Shown: positions 48,787 through 60,940 of the stretch, in pieces
How the letters are laid out: every line of letters begins with the position of its first letter
How positions within the stretch are numbered: the stretch's first letter is position 1
Assembly (NCBI GenBank): GCA_951406725.2
Contig: OX597816.1
Coordinates: 99,634,001 to 99,698,000 of the forward strand
DNA length: 64,000 bases
Direction: 5' to 3'
Source: Octopus vulgaris
Taxonomy: Eukaryota
Position numbers and translations under genes: made by a program
The notes under the pieces: generated by a model
Databases searched by the model: none
Seen by the model: only the letters and a program-made list of their open reading frames with translations
Told to the model about the DNA's origin: nothing

Positions 48787-51700
48787 ATCATCATCATCAT
48801 TGTCATTTAACGTCTGTTTTCCATGCTGGTATGAGTTGGATAGTTTGACTGAGGTCTGGAGAGCCAGCAGCTGCACCAGGCTCTAATCTGATCTGGCAAT
48901 GTTTCTACAGCTGGATGCCTTTCCTAACGCCTACACTCTGAGATTGTAGTGAGTGTCTTTTTACGTGCCACTGGCACAGGAGCCTGTTAGGCAGGCCTGG
49001 CATCGATCACGTTTGGATGGTGCTTTTTATGTCCCGCTGGCATGGGAGCCAGTCAGGGGTCACTGGCATCAGCCATGTTCAGACGGTACTTTTTTCATGT
49101 CACCAGCACAGGAGCCAGTCAGGTGGCTCTGGCATCGATCACATTCAGATGGTGCCTTTTACATACCACCAGCACATGAGCCACTCAGGGTCACTAGCCA
49201 CAGCTATGATTTTGGTCTTACTTGACTCAGCAGGTTTTCTCAAGCACATCATATTGCCCAACACATCAAGGGTACTTTTAAATAGGCCAGACATGCAACA
49301 CTGGAATCAGCCATGACTGCGACCTCATTTAGTTGCTGGGTTTTCTCAATCACAGCCTATCTCAAAGGGTCTCAATCTCCTGTATTTGACTCTGTGAGGC
49401 CCAATGTTAGAAGGTAATGTTTCACTACCTCATCTCATGGCTTCCTGGGTTTACCTTTTCCACAGGTTCCTTCCACAGTTTGGGTGGGACACTCCCTCAC
49501 ACAGCTCTCCTTATCCATACATAACACATGACCATACCAGCCCATTTGTCACTCTTGCACACCACATTTGATGCTTATGTCCAACTTTATCATATATGCA
49601 CTTTGTCATGTATGTACTCTGACATTACACATCCAGTGGATCATACTAGCTTCATTTCTTTCAAGCCTACACATGTTTTCAGCAGTTATAGCCCATGTTT
49701 CACTGCTGTGTAGCATGGCAGTTTGCATACATGCATCATACAGTCTACCTTTCATCCTGCGTGAGAGGCCCTTAGTTGCCAACAGAGGTAGGAGCTCCTT
49801 GAACTTTGCCCAGGCTTTTCTTATTCTAGCCGCTACACTCTCAGAGTAACAACTACAGACTTGGTCGCCTAAGTAGCGGAAGCTATCAACTACTTCATGT
49901 TTCTCCCCCTGGCACGTGATGTAATCTGATTTCTGTACTATCTTCCCAGTGAACCTTCCTTTGATATTGCTGTCCCTTTTATGTGTCCATAGTTTACACC
50001 AAGTACATCACATGGAGTTTCTACCCACGCCTTTTCTACAGATCGTGCAGGGCCATCTACCTGAAGGGGTTTGTGATTTGTCAGCCTTCCTACTTACTAA
50101 GACTTTGGTTTTGGCGAGGTTAACCCTAAAGCACTTCGATTCTAGACATTGCTTCCACACACTAAACTTCGTCTCTAGTTCTGGTAGTAATTTGGCTACT
50201 AGAGCAAGACCATCAGCATAGGGGAGCTCCCAGGGGCAGCCTGCCTTGAATTCCTCTGTTATTGTCTGGCGGACTATGATGATAAGAGGTGGGCTGAAGA
50301 CTGATCCTTGATGAACCCCTACTTCTACCTGGAATTCTTCACTGTACTCATTGCCAACCCTCACCTTACTGACAGCATCCCTGTACATGGCGTGTAAAGC
50401 TCTTACCAACCACTCATCTATCGGCAGTTTCCACATTAACCACCAGATAAGGGATCAATGAACCATGTCAAAGGCTTTCTCCAAGTCAACAAAAGCCAAA
50501 TACAGAGGTATATCTTTGGCTAGATATTTCTTCTGAAGTTGCCTTACCAGAAATATAGTATCAGTGGTGCATCTGCCTGGCACAAAACCAAACTGCATCT
50601 CATCTAGGCTTTCTCCCTAATTAGTTGGGCTATGATCCTCTCTATAACTTTCATCATCTGCTCCAATAATTTGATACCCCTGTAGTTATTTCTATCTAAA
50701 GCATCACCTTCACCTTTGTAGCAGTTGATTATAGTGCTGCTACACTAGTCATTGGGTACGACTCCTTCATGAACTATCTGATTTATTATACGGGTGGCAA
50801 GACCATAACCCACACCTCCAGATGGGCCAGGTGCTTTCCCTGTCTTCATATCCTTAATTTTTTTATCTGCCAGGGTACTGTCGATTCAGATAGTTGGTCC
50901 CTCAATTGGATCAACCTTTGGAAGACTCTCCTCCCATTTATTCTCCACATTCAGCAGTCTTTCATAGTGACATCTCCAAACCTCTTTCTTTGCAGAATCA
51001 TTAAATGCAAGAGTCACATTTCTCTCCTGTGACATTACGGTTTTCTCTTATGCACTGTCTTGCAATCTGAAATACTTCAGTTCTTTGGTCCTCACGCTGC
51101 TGAACATTGTCAAACTTCTTTTCTGCTACTCCCTTGGCTATATATACCTGTCTCCTAGCTTCCTTTTTGGCTGTCTGATACAGTCCCCTGCTACCCCAAC
51201 TCTTCCAGGCCTGTTTCTTTGCTCTAATGGCCCTGTCTACAGTATTGTTCCGCCACCATGTTACCCTAGGTCTGGAAGGGACTTTGCACCAGCCACAGAT
51301 TTGGTCTGTGGCACTCAGCAAGCTGTCTCACAGGAATTCCCAGCTGCCTTCTATGAAATAGAACTGTAGCTCCTCCTCCTTCTCAGTAAGGATATCCCTA
51401 AATCTCTGACTATGTGAAGAGTTCTTAAGCTTCTAAGTCCTTCTTTTCCAGATTGGTCTGCTTTTTGGCATCCTTCTGGCCTCGAGTCTAGAGTCACTGA
51501 TAACTAGTCTATGCTGGGGGGTATATTCTTCATCGGGGAAGGCTTTTGTACTTAAGAGAAACCATGCAGCCCACTGTCTGGTGAGAATGAAATCAATATG
51601 GCTAGCAGAGTCACTTGATTGATAGGTTAACAGGTGGCTAGCTGGCTTCCTGAAGTTGGTGTTGCAGATCAATAGGTTATTTGCATTGCAGAACTCCAGG

Positions 51701-52280
51701 AACCTACTTCCCTCTTCATTTCTGGTACCAACTCCCTGGCCCCTATGTACACCATGGAAGATACCAGGATGCTGTCCAACATACCCATTAAAATCTCCAG
51801 TTACAAAGATGAAATCATTGGCACTTGTCTTTGAAGTAGCCTGTGGAAGAATATCATAAAAGTGACACTTCTATACATTTGGTAGTCCTACTTGTGGGAC
51901 ATAGGCAGAGATAATAGTAGCTATCCCAGTCTGCAAGACCAGCCTGAGTTTAAGCACTCTAGCCAACATCCTCACTATCTCTATGATCTTATCTAACCAT
52001 TTCTCTGCAAGAAGCATGCCCACACACCCTATTCCATCACTGTTACTTTCCCAGAAGAATTTATGCTTATGTACTTTGCTTGTGAGGACTCTGGCTGTAG
52101 CACCTCTCCACCTTATATCCTCTTATATGCAAAATACATCAACATGTCTCCGTTCAAGCATCTCTAAAATCTCGCTAGACCTACCTTTCAATGTGCCTAC
52201 ATTTACAGGGCCAACTCTGAAAACTGGAAAAGAGATATGGGAGGTAACACAGGAAGGAGAGATGTTATTCAGCACCTGAA
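48787..52280 (-). mobile_element. Near full-length RTE-type LINE (APE endonuclease + RT), decayed
   Basis: FRVGPVNVGTLKG..EMLERRHVDVFC, IISAYVPQVG, TGDFNGYVG, ICNTNFRK..HIDFIL..QHRLVI, TWWRN, NYRGIKLL, QFGFVPG, LYLAFVDLEKAFD, VGVHQGSVFSP, PWELPYADGL, FRYLG; 3' UTR repeats and (GAT)n tail. Stops, frameshifts and deletions. Confidence 0.96.
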
Positions 52281-52511
52281 AAGAAGGTTCCTGTGATTAT
52301 TTGGTAACAGACGTCATAACAGTTGTTCTTGCTTTTAAACTACGTTCAGACAAACATGTTAGAATTGTTAAGGTTGTTGCCTCTACTGGGGGTAGGAATA
52401 AGGAGGCATTCTATATATGAAAGTGTTTTATATTTTCTACAGATTGCTTGCAGCTCACTTTCTTCCTACACTTCGATGCTTGTATCTTACATTAATATAT
52501 CAATCTACTTA

Positions 52512-52569
<58 letters not shown>

Positions 52570-53394
52570 GTATGTATTTACATATAGTTTTCAGTATTTC
52601 TGTATGCAATAGCTAATGCAATAGGTACATAAAGCAGAATTAAAATAATGCAATCAAATATATACAGATGATATACATACAAGTACATGAGGAAGTATGA
52701 ATATTAGCACTAAGATATTTATGCATATGTGAATGTGTTATCATGTCATTGTTCATTTTCTATCTTGATATGATGAATTACCACTCGTCATGATCTTTGA
52801 GGTCACCTCTTGAGACCCAGCTTACATGATCTATCACTCATAATGACTCATCATCCTTCCTTTATCATGTTGATGTATCACTGTGCTCCTGACCTTCCTT
52901 GGCTCTTTGACACTGAGATTAATGTGGTTAATGTTCAGTTTAAACAGCTGCAAGTTAATGCTGGTGAAAACTTTGTGATTTGGGAAGAAAATTACAGAAG
53001 TTTGATATTCTAGGAGAAAAGACTGAGAAAATTGATTAGTACTAAAAGGAAAGATAGGCTTGAGAGAAGAGTTTTAAGGAAGATTACATACAACTAGCTA
53101 CCTCTGTCGGGCAGAGATAGTTGTTGTAATGATAAAAGAAACTAAATGTGGAAACATCCCATTTGTGGGTCTGAGGTTGGGTGTTTATCCAGTTCCCATT
53201 AATTCTTTGTGGGCTACAGGCTATGTAAGAGGGGCTTACACAAGTATCAGTCCTCTTGTTGAAACTAACAAGAATTAGCTTGTGTTAAACAACCAAGTGG
53301 CTTTCTTCTTGATGAAAACTAGGAAGATTTTGGGTGCTTTGAAGCAGGGCTGATCCAAATGTGGAAGCAACATTCTATTGTGTATATGTTAATA

Positions 53395-53722
53395 TACTTG
53401 ACCCCAGTACTTGACTGTAACTTATTTTATTTATCCTGGAAAGATGAAAAGCAGATTTGGCCACAGCTGAATTTGAACCAATATTAATAATGATAATGAT
53501 GATAATAATTATTTCAAATTTTGGCACAAAGCCAGCAATTTTAGGGGCAGTGTTACATCAATTACATTGATCCCAATGATCAAGTGTTACTTCTTTTATT
53601 GACTCCTAAAGGATGAAAGCTTAAATCGACCCTGGTGGAATTTAAATTCAGAATGTAAAGACAGGTGAGATGCCATTAAGCATTTTGCCCAGCATGCAAA
53701 CAATTTTACCAGCTTGCCACTT
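53395..53722 (-). mobile_element. SINE-A partial plus full copy in tandem with an (AAT) spacer
   Basis: Family motifs present twice. Confidence 0.82.
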
Positions 53723-53975
53723 TCATCATCATCATCATCGTCCGTTCTCCAGAAGGCTGCACCAGGCTCCAGTCTGATCTGGCAGTGTTACTACAGCTGG
53801 ATGCCCTTCCTAACACCAACCACTCCGTGAGTGTAGTGGGTGCTTTTTACGTGCCACCGGCACAGGTGCCAGGTGAGGCTGGCAACAGCCATGATTGGAT
53901 TGGTGCTTTTTACGTGCCACCGGCACAGAAGCCAGTCAAGGCAGCGCTGGCATCGGCCAGTCAAGGCGGCGCTAG
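53723..53975 (-). mobile_element. RTE 3' UTR fragment followed by (AAC/AAT)n
   Basis: 'ctggatgcccttcctaacaccaaccactcc' and 'gtgctttttacgtgccaccggcac' twice. Confidence 0.88.
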
Positions 53976-54164
53976 CCAACAACAACAATAATAATGATAA
54001 TAACAATGATGATAACAATAGCAACAATAATAATAACAACAACAACAACAATAATAATAATAATGATAATGGGCTACAGCAAATATTCTACTCAATATTG
54101 CCTATTGGTTTGACTTTAACCAGTTGAGTGTGTCCCTTAGTGGCTGACTAAAAGAAGATAGGTT

Positions 54165-54352
54165 GTTTCTAACTTTGGCTCAAGGTCACAAATTTTAGAA
54201 GAGGGATAGTCAATTAAACACACCCCAGTATATCTGATTATTTTAAAAGCCTGGGGAAAATGAAAGGCAAAGTTAACCATGATGGGATTTGAACTCAGAA
54301 TATGAAATATGTTCAACTAAATATTGCAAAGCATTTAATCAGTCACTCTACT
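54165..54352 (-). mobile_element. SINE-A, old
   Basis: 'atgaaaggcaaagttaacc..gatttgaactcagaa'. Confidence 0.7.
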
Positions 54353-55095
54353 GTAATGTATTACATTATATAACATAATATAAAAATAGAGAGAGAATGA
54401 GAAAAAGATAAAAGGAGGGGTGCCAAAGAGAAAGAGAAAAGAAAAGTGCTCATATACTCATAGTAACTTTAGCATGTGAGATGATGTGTTAAAAGTAGAA
54501 ATATTATTGCTTATTGATTTCACTTTCAACAAACTGTTTTTATCTATTTATTTACATATTTTGCTTTTTCTGATTTCTTTTCTTTCTTTTGTGTTATGTC
54601 TACATCGATGTAAAATATATTGCAATAGATTTGGGAATTTTAATGGTGATGGTTATAACTTACTGATTCAGAATATTTGTTTACTCTAAACTAGAGATAA
54701 CAGGTTACTCTCCTTTAACAGCATACAGCTTAGTGCCACTGATTATATCCTGACCACTAGCTCATAGAAAATACTTTAGCTCGGCTCTGAATAGTTATTA
54801 TAGATTTCATTCAATAAAAGGCTATTTCACTCATTAGCAAACCTCCACTTACCAACTAGCAATGACCATAAGTCCAAAGATATGCTATTTTTATTTTTAT
54901 TTCTTCTTCTAGTGTTAGTGAAGCATTATCAGCAGCAGCATTGCTGTTCTTAATGTCTGGCCCATGGTGAAATGCAGCCAACCATGTCAAAGAATTGGGC
55001 TTCTTACATGTACAGCCTGCTTGTTTGTTTCACTAGTATTTATCATTGCCATTACAGAAGCTAATAGTTGGCTACATGTAAACATGACAAAACAT

Positions 55096-55308
55096 TGGTT
55101 TCAAATGTTGGCACAAGGCCAGCAATTTCAGATAAGAGAGTAAGTTGATTACATCAACCCCAGTGGTCAACTGGGGTTATTTTACTTATTTTACTGACCC
55201 TGAAAGGATGACAGGCAAAATCAACCTTGGCAGAACTTGAACTCAGAACATTAAGTTGGAAAAAATGTCACTAAGCATTTTTTCCAATGCAGTAACAATT
55301 CTGCCAGT
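55096..55308 (-). mobile_element. SINE-A
   Basis: Family motifs; possible TSD 'catgacaaaa' on both sides. Confidence 0.85.
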
Positions 55309-55994
55309 TAATTTAATGCTGCTTTAAATCATGACAAAATATTTAGAAACTTAAAAATGGAAAGAAGTTGGATTTTATTCTGCATTTTGGCTCCAATATT
55401 ATCTTTCTGGGAACATGTGGGATGCATTGCTTTTTGTTTTTTAAGATTAATTACAAGGTCATTATTAAGCCTGGAGGATATGGTATTGTATCAAAGTCAT
55501 ACATAACATAGTTCATGAGTTCAAATTTGCTGGACATATGTGTAAATTTATTTAATATGTATGAGACAAGAGAACCTCTACATGGTAGCTCAGTCTATTA
55601 ACAATAACAGCTAAAGTTTTCTCAAGGCAAATCTCACCATCTTAGGAAAGGAATGATACATAGGATTATCTTACAAAAACATAGGATGGGCATGGTCTAA
55701 ATGTTTTTGGTCATAGATCTACTCAACTAGGATTGACCTAGAGCTAAATAATATCATGTGAACATTATGGAATAAAATCCAGAATCTGAAGAAATTAGTG
55801 ATGATTTATGTGTGTCAACAACAACTGGTGTTAACAATTAGCAGAGCCATTTAACAGTATCATAGGCTTCAAGAAGAGCAATGCACTGGGACTGCTATGT
55901 ACTCAATCACAGCATACAGAGTTTAGCATTTAATTGCCAATATATCTATACTTTAGATGGGCTTAATAAGTTCAGCTGTGATTCTTTTTTTTTC

Positions 55995-56403
55995 TTTTTT
56001 ACCTTTTCTTACATGTTTCAGTCATTGGACAACAGCTCATACAGGGACACTACCTTGAAGGGTTTTGTAAAAAGAAAATCGATCATAGGACTTATATTTT
56101 AAGTTTGGGACTTATTCTATCAGTTTTGGGGGTTTTACTGAATCACTATGTTATTGGGATGTAAACAAACCAATATCGTTTATCAAGCATTGGTGGGGAG
56201 CAAAGACAAGCACAAAGACCCAAACACACATGTATACATGATAGGCTTCCACACAGTATCCATTTACCAAATTCACTCACAAGGAATCAGATCAACCCAG
56301 GTCTATTATAGAAGGCACTTACCCCAGGTGCAACACTGCTGGAACTGAACATGGAACTATGTGGCTGCAAAGTGAACTTCTTAACCACACAGCCATATTT
56401 GCA
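55995..56403 (-). mobile_element. SINE-B full length, old
   Basis: Reverse complement of 39449-39890. Confidence 0.82.
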
Positions 56404-56425
56404 CCAAGATTATATAACAAATATC

Positions 56426-56653
56426 GGCGAGCTGGCAGAAATGTTAGCGTGCCAGGCGAAATGCTTAGCGGTATTTCATCTGTCGTTGTGTTCTGAGTTC
56501 AAATTCTGACAAGGTCGACTTTGCCTTTCATCCTTTCGGGGTCGATAAATAAAGTACCAGTTTCACACTGGGGTCGATGTAATCAACTTAATCCCTTTGT
56601 CTGTCCTTGTTTCTCCCCTCTATGATTAGCCCCTAGTGGGTAGTAAAGAAATA
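56426..56653 (+). mobile_element. SINE-A (tail type 2), young
   Basis: Perfect 15-bp TSD TATATAACAAATATC at 56411-56425 and 56654-56668; many CpGs retained. Confidence 0.95.
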
Positions 56654-57574
56654 TATATAACAAATATCATTAATTGGAAAAAGATTTCTAGTCAGGTTTT
56701 CCTAAAGTATCTAATGAAATGGACACTGGTTACTCAACTACTGAAGCACTCTGTCCAACCTACAGCCAGGATAAATAAACTAACAACAGTATGCTAAGGC
56801 TTTCATCCAGCAATGAATTGACAAAAGTTGAAGAGATTCTTTGAAATATTGATCAATGATGGCAAACTCATATCACTAAAAGAGTACAGCTATCTACTGG
56901 GTATCAGTGGAAGTTTTCTCCTGGATTTATTTGCAATACTTCTAATCAAACTAAAGACTAGCTGAATATATTAACATCAGATATTATCGATACACTTAGG
57001 CTAAGGCGAAAAATGTTTGCTTCTATACTTTTCACATTTGAACTCTCATCTGAACATTATCAAGCTCTCCAATCAAATTCTCCTGTGTGAATATTAACTA
57101 CGATAGACTGGCAAGTCATACAAGAGAGAAGGTTATTTGACTCTCAATTAATTAATAATTACAGAAACCAGAATTAAGAACTAGTTCTATAGACTGCTGC
57201 AATTTATGAAAGGATTAATTAAACTATCATTGAGGGAATGTGTGAGTATGTGTGTGTGACTGCATGCTATTGAATAAATCTGTGTTTGTGTGTGTATATT
57301 ATTACAAAAATGTGTATATATACATTTTTGAAGGTATGTATATTTGTGTGTGTGTGTGTATGTATCATTGCAAGAATGTGTGAGTGTTTGTGTGTGTTTA
57401 CACATGTGTAAGGTAGACATGTGGAAGTGAAATAAATGAGTATGGATTACTGAAGATTTGGATATATTTCCATGAATGTTTGTGCATACATTATGTATAT
57501 GTCTGTTAGTGTTCATAATTGCTACTGTCTGTCAACTTAAACAATCGAATCACCTCAAGAGAAGCCTGAATAAA

Positions 57575-57866
57575 TAATCTCTCTCACCTTCCCCCAGACA
57601 CATTATCTCTCTCTTTCTCTCTCTCTCTCTTTCTCTCTCTTTCTCCCTCTCCCTCTCTTTCTCTCTCTTTCTCCCTCTCCCTCTCTTTTCCCTCTCTCTT
57701 TCTCTCTCTCCCTCTCTCTCTCCCATACACTCAACCTCTACCATAGACTCTCTACCCACCTTACACTCTCTTTCCTATACATATATACTTATTCCCCCAA
57801 CCGCACCCTCTTTCTGTCTCACTTTAGTTCTCTCTCTATCTATCTAGGATCTAACTATATTTCTGC

Positions 57867-57938
<72 letters not shown>

Positions 57939-57958
57939 TTATCTATCTATCTCTTTTC
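57575..57958. repeat. Polypyrimidine (CT)n tract followed by (CTGT)n(CTAT)n
   Basis: Directly visible. Confidence 0.93.
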
Positions 57959-58491
57959 TCAGTAGCTTGATCTGAATATCATGTGTATGTTGCTACTTTG
58001 CCATTAAGTCCAGCATTACTCAAAAGCCATGTGTGAGAAGGTTAGAATTCTGTATGGGTGATGAATTTACAAGGTTTGACAAGCCAACAAGTGTAACTTT
58101 AAGTGGTTGCTTAAGCTGCTTAAAAAAAGCAGCTAAATTCTCTTAAAAGGAAAGATACAGTGAACAATGTACAAAATACAAATGTGGCAAAATAAGAAAT
58201 AAAAATGTAAATATGCAAAAAAGACAAGATGGTCACTTTTGGAATGTTTTTGATCATGGTTTATGCAATCAGAAGTGAATGGAAGATAACCAAAAGCAAA
58301 CTTCAGTTGATATCTGCTGTAACAGTCAGTGAGTGTCTTGCCTTGCATTGGTTGTTGTTGTTACTGCTATTTAGCTATAGGTCTGTCCTGATATTACAGA
58401 CCTATGATAAAAGGTATTCTAGTCATGATTAGCTCATATTTTGTTTATGTGTAGGGAAGCCAGGAACATGTTAATAGCAATAATCATGATA

Positions 58492-58642
58492 GGCATAGGC
58501 GTGGCTGAGTTGCACATGGTTCCCGGTTCAGTCTCTCAGCATGGCACCTTGAGCAAGTGCCTTCTACTATAGCCTCAGGTCAACCAAAGCCTTGTGAGTG
58601 GATTTGGTAGAGAGACACAAAAAGAAGCCTATTGTATATATG

Positions 58643-58690
<48 letters not shown>
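58492..58690 (+). mobile_element. SINE-B 5' half ending in (TA)n
   Basis: Matches 39449-39674. Confidence 0.85.
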
Positions 58691-58691
<1 letters not shown>

Positions 58692-58697
<6 letters not shown>

Positions 58698-59063
58698 ACA
58701 ATAATTCTAGGATGGAATATATAAATATTTAATACATGACTATACACATTTCCACAAATCACATGACCTTAACATCAAGGTCCGTAACCATGAGAGGATT
58801 ACAGTATAGTTTGTAGTGGAAGAATCACAGAGGGATTACAGTATAGTCTAGTGGAAGAATCACAAGGGATATTTATCTCTTCTTGTTAGTATGAAGGGAT
58901 TAACATCCCTCTGTGATTCATCCACTAATGCAGTTTTGCCTGAATGAATCAACGATGATGATCAACCAGATGCCCATGTATACTATGGATTATACTGTAA
59001 TCATCCCAAGGATATAAACCTTGATGTTATAAATTTCATCCTAGAATTATTGCTATGATTATA
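58692..59063. mobile_element. MITE/foldback element with nested inverted repeats
   Basis: Outer IR CAATAATTCTAGGATG..TAACATCAAGG..GATTACAGTATA; inner IR TAGTGGAAGAATCACAGAGGGAT / ATCCCTCTGTGATTCATCCACTA; TA-rich flanks. Confidence 0.85.
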
Positions 59064-59601
59064 TTTATCTTACATTATATCAGTATAGCCATGATGCAAC
59101 CCTGAAAAACTGACTCACTAGTCAGTATCATTAGACAGTAGCCAACATAATGATATAGGAGCTTTATTTGCATACCCTTAACATTACAACAAACGAATTT
59201 AAATGATGTGTGTGTGTGTCTCTGTGTGTAGAAGGTTGAAACGTAACACACAAATTGATATGTACAAGGAAAATAAGACAAGATAGAAAATGCAAAAATA
59301 ATTTTATCAGGAAATACATTTTGTACCAGTTTCAGTCTTTTTGACTTTCCAGCTAAGAGTAAAACAGGAAATACTATTAAATTGGAGAAAAAATTAAATG
59401 AAATGTTTTGCAAATATTCCCATAGTCTTCAAATAGGTAGGGCATTTTCCTTTTTACTGTCTGTCTGTCTCTCTCTCTTTTCCGTTGTGAAGGTTCTGTA
59501 GGTAGTTGCAGATCTAAAAACAATAGTGCTTATGGGTGCAAAGAAATGTTGGCTCTGAAGTTTGAAGGTTTAAGCAGCAGCAACCAAAGCAGGAGACAGT
59601 G

Positions 59602-59672
59602 AAGGAGAAGAAGGAGAGGAGGAGGAGAAGAAGAAGAAGAAGAAGAAGAAGAAGAAGAAGAAGAAGAAGAAA
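59602..59672. repeat. (GAA/GGA)n microsatellite
   Basis: Directly visible. Confidence 0.95.
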
Positions 59673-60192
59673 AGGAAAAGACAGGAATGGTATGACCTAG
59701 TAGTAGAGGCTGTTTCTGGAATCTTCTTTAATGGTCAAGTGATCTAAAAGTGACCTGTTGTGGCTCTAGCAGTAGTAGTGAGAAGTGTTCTAAATAAATT
59801 AATGGGTTCTTAACATATCTACCGTTTTTAATATTTACAAGCATATTATTCTAAGATCCATGTAGTAGTGTTATCTGTAGTGGAAGCATTCAAAAGAACA
59901 ATGAGGATGTGACAACTGGAGGAAGAGGAAGCTACACCAGCACTTAACTGGTACTTGTTTTCAACTGAGCAGACTGGTGTAAAGTGAAATCAAATGCCTT
60001 GTTCAAAGATATGATGCACTGTCTGATTCAGAAATCTAACCCATAACCTTATGTTTACAAGTCCAGTACCCTAAGTTTCATGCCTTCACAATAACCATGA
60101 TATATAATTGAAAAATTAGTGACTTAAAATATTAAACTGAAAAATATGGTAAAAATGCTCATGGTAATAACAATGATATGACATTAATAATA

Positions 60193-60598
60193 TTTTCTAG
60201 TTAAGGCACAGGATCAGAAATTTTTAGTGGGATGGGTTTAGTTAATTACATCGACTCTAGTGCTTGACTGCTATTTATTGACCGAAGGAATGAAAAGCAA
60301 AGTCAACCTCAGCAGTTTTAGAATTCAGAATATAAAGCCAGAAGAATTGTCACTAAGCATTTTGTCCAGCACAGTTGTGATTCTGCAAGTTTGATAATTT
60401 TTTTTTACTATAAGCAGAAGGCCTGAAATTTTGGGAGAAGGGATAATCAGTTACATCAACCCCAGTGTTCAACTGGTACTTATTCTCTCAATACCAAAAC
60501 GATGAAAGGCAAAGTCGACCTCTACATAATTCTAACTCAGAATGTCAAGTTTCAGATGAAATGTGACCAAGCATTTTGTCCAATATGCAAACAATACT

Positions 60599-60646
<48 letters not shown>

Positions 60647-60858
60647 TAATGGTTTCGATTTTAGAGTGTAGAACAATGTCAATGACACCAATGCCACTGC
60701 TCAACTGGTACTTATTTTTTATTGACCTCTAAAGGATCAAAGACAAAATTGATTTTCATGGTATCTGAGCTTAGCATATAAAGAGATGAAAGGAATACCA
60801 CTTTGCATTTTGTCTGAAGCACAGATGATTCTGCCAGCTTGTTACCTTCATAATGATG

Positions 60859-60901
<43 letters not shown>

Positions 60902-60940
60902 CAGCAACAATAATAACACAAGGCCTGAAATTTGGAGGCT
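60193..60940 (-). mobile_element. Tandem SINE-A array (three copies plus a tail stub) with (AGT)n and (AAT)n spacers
   Basis: Units at about 60193-60390, 60400-60598 and 60648-60848; stub 'cacaaggcctgaaatttgg' at ~60917. Confidence 0.82.

Noticed and set aside
50008-50436. Functional reverse transcriptase
   Set aside because: Catalytic YADD reads YADG, and flanking stops and frameshifts break the ORF.
53090-53125. Small hairpin as terminator or ncRNA
   Set aside because: Short and imperfect, with no supporting context.
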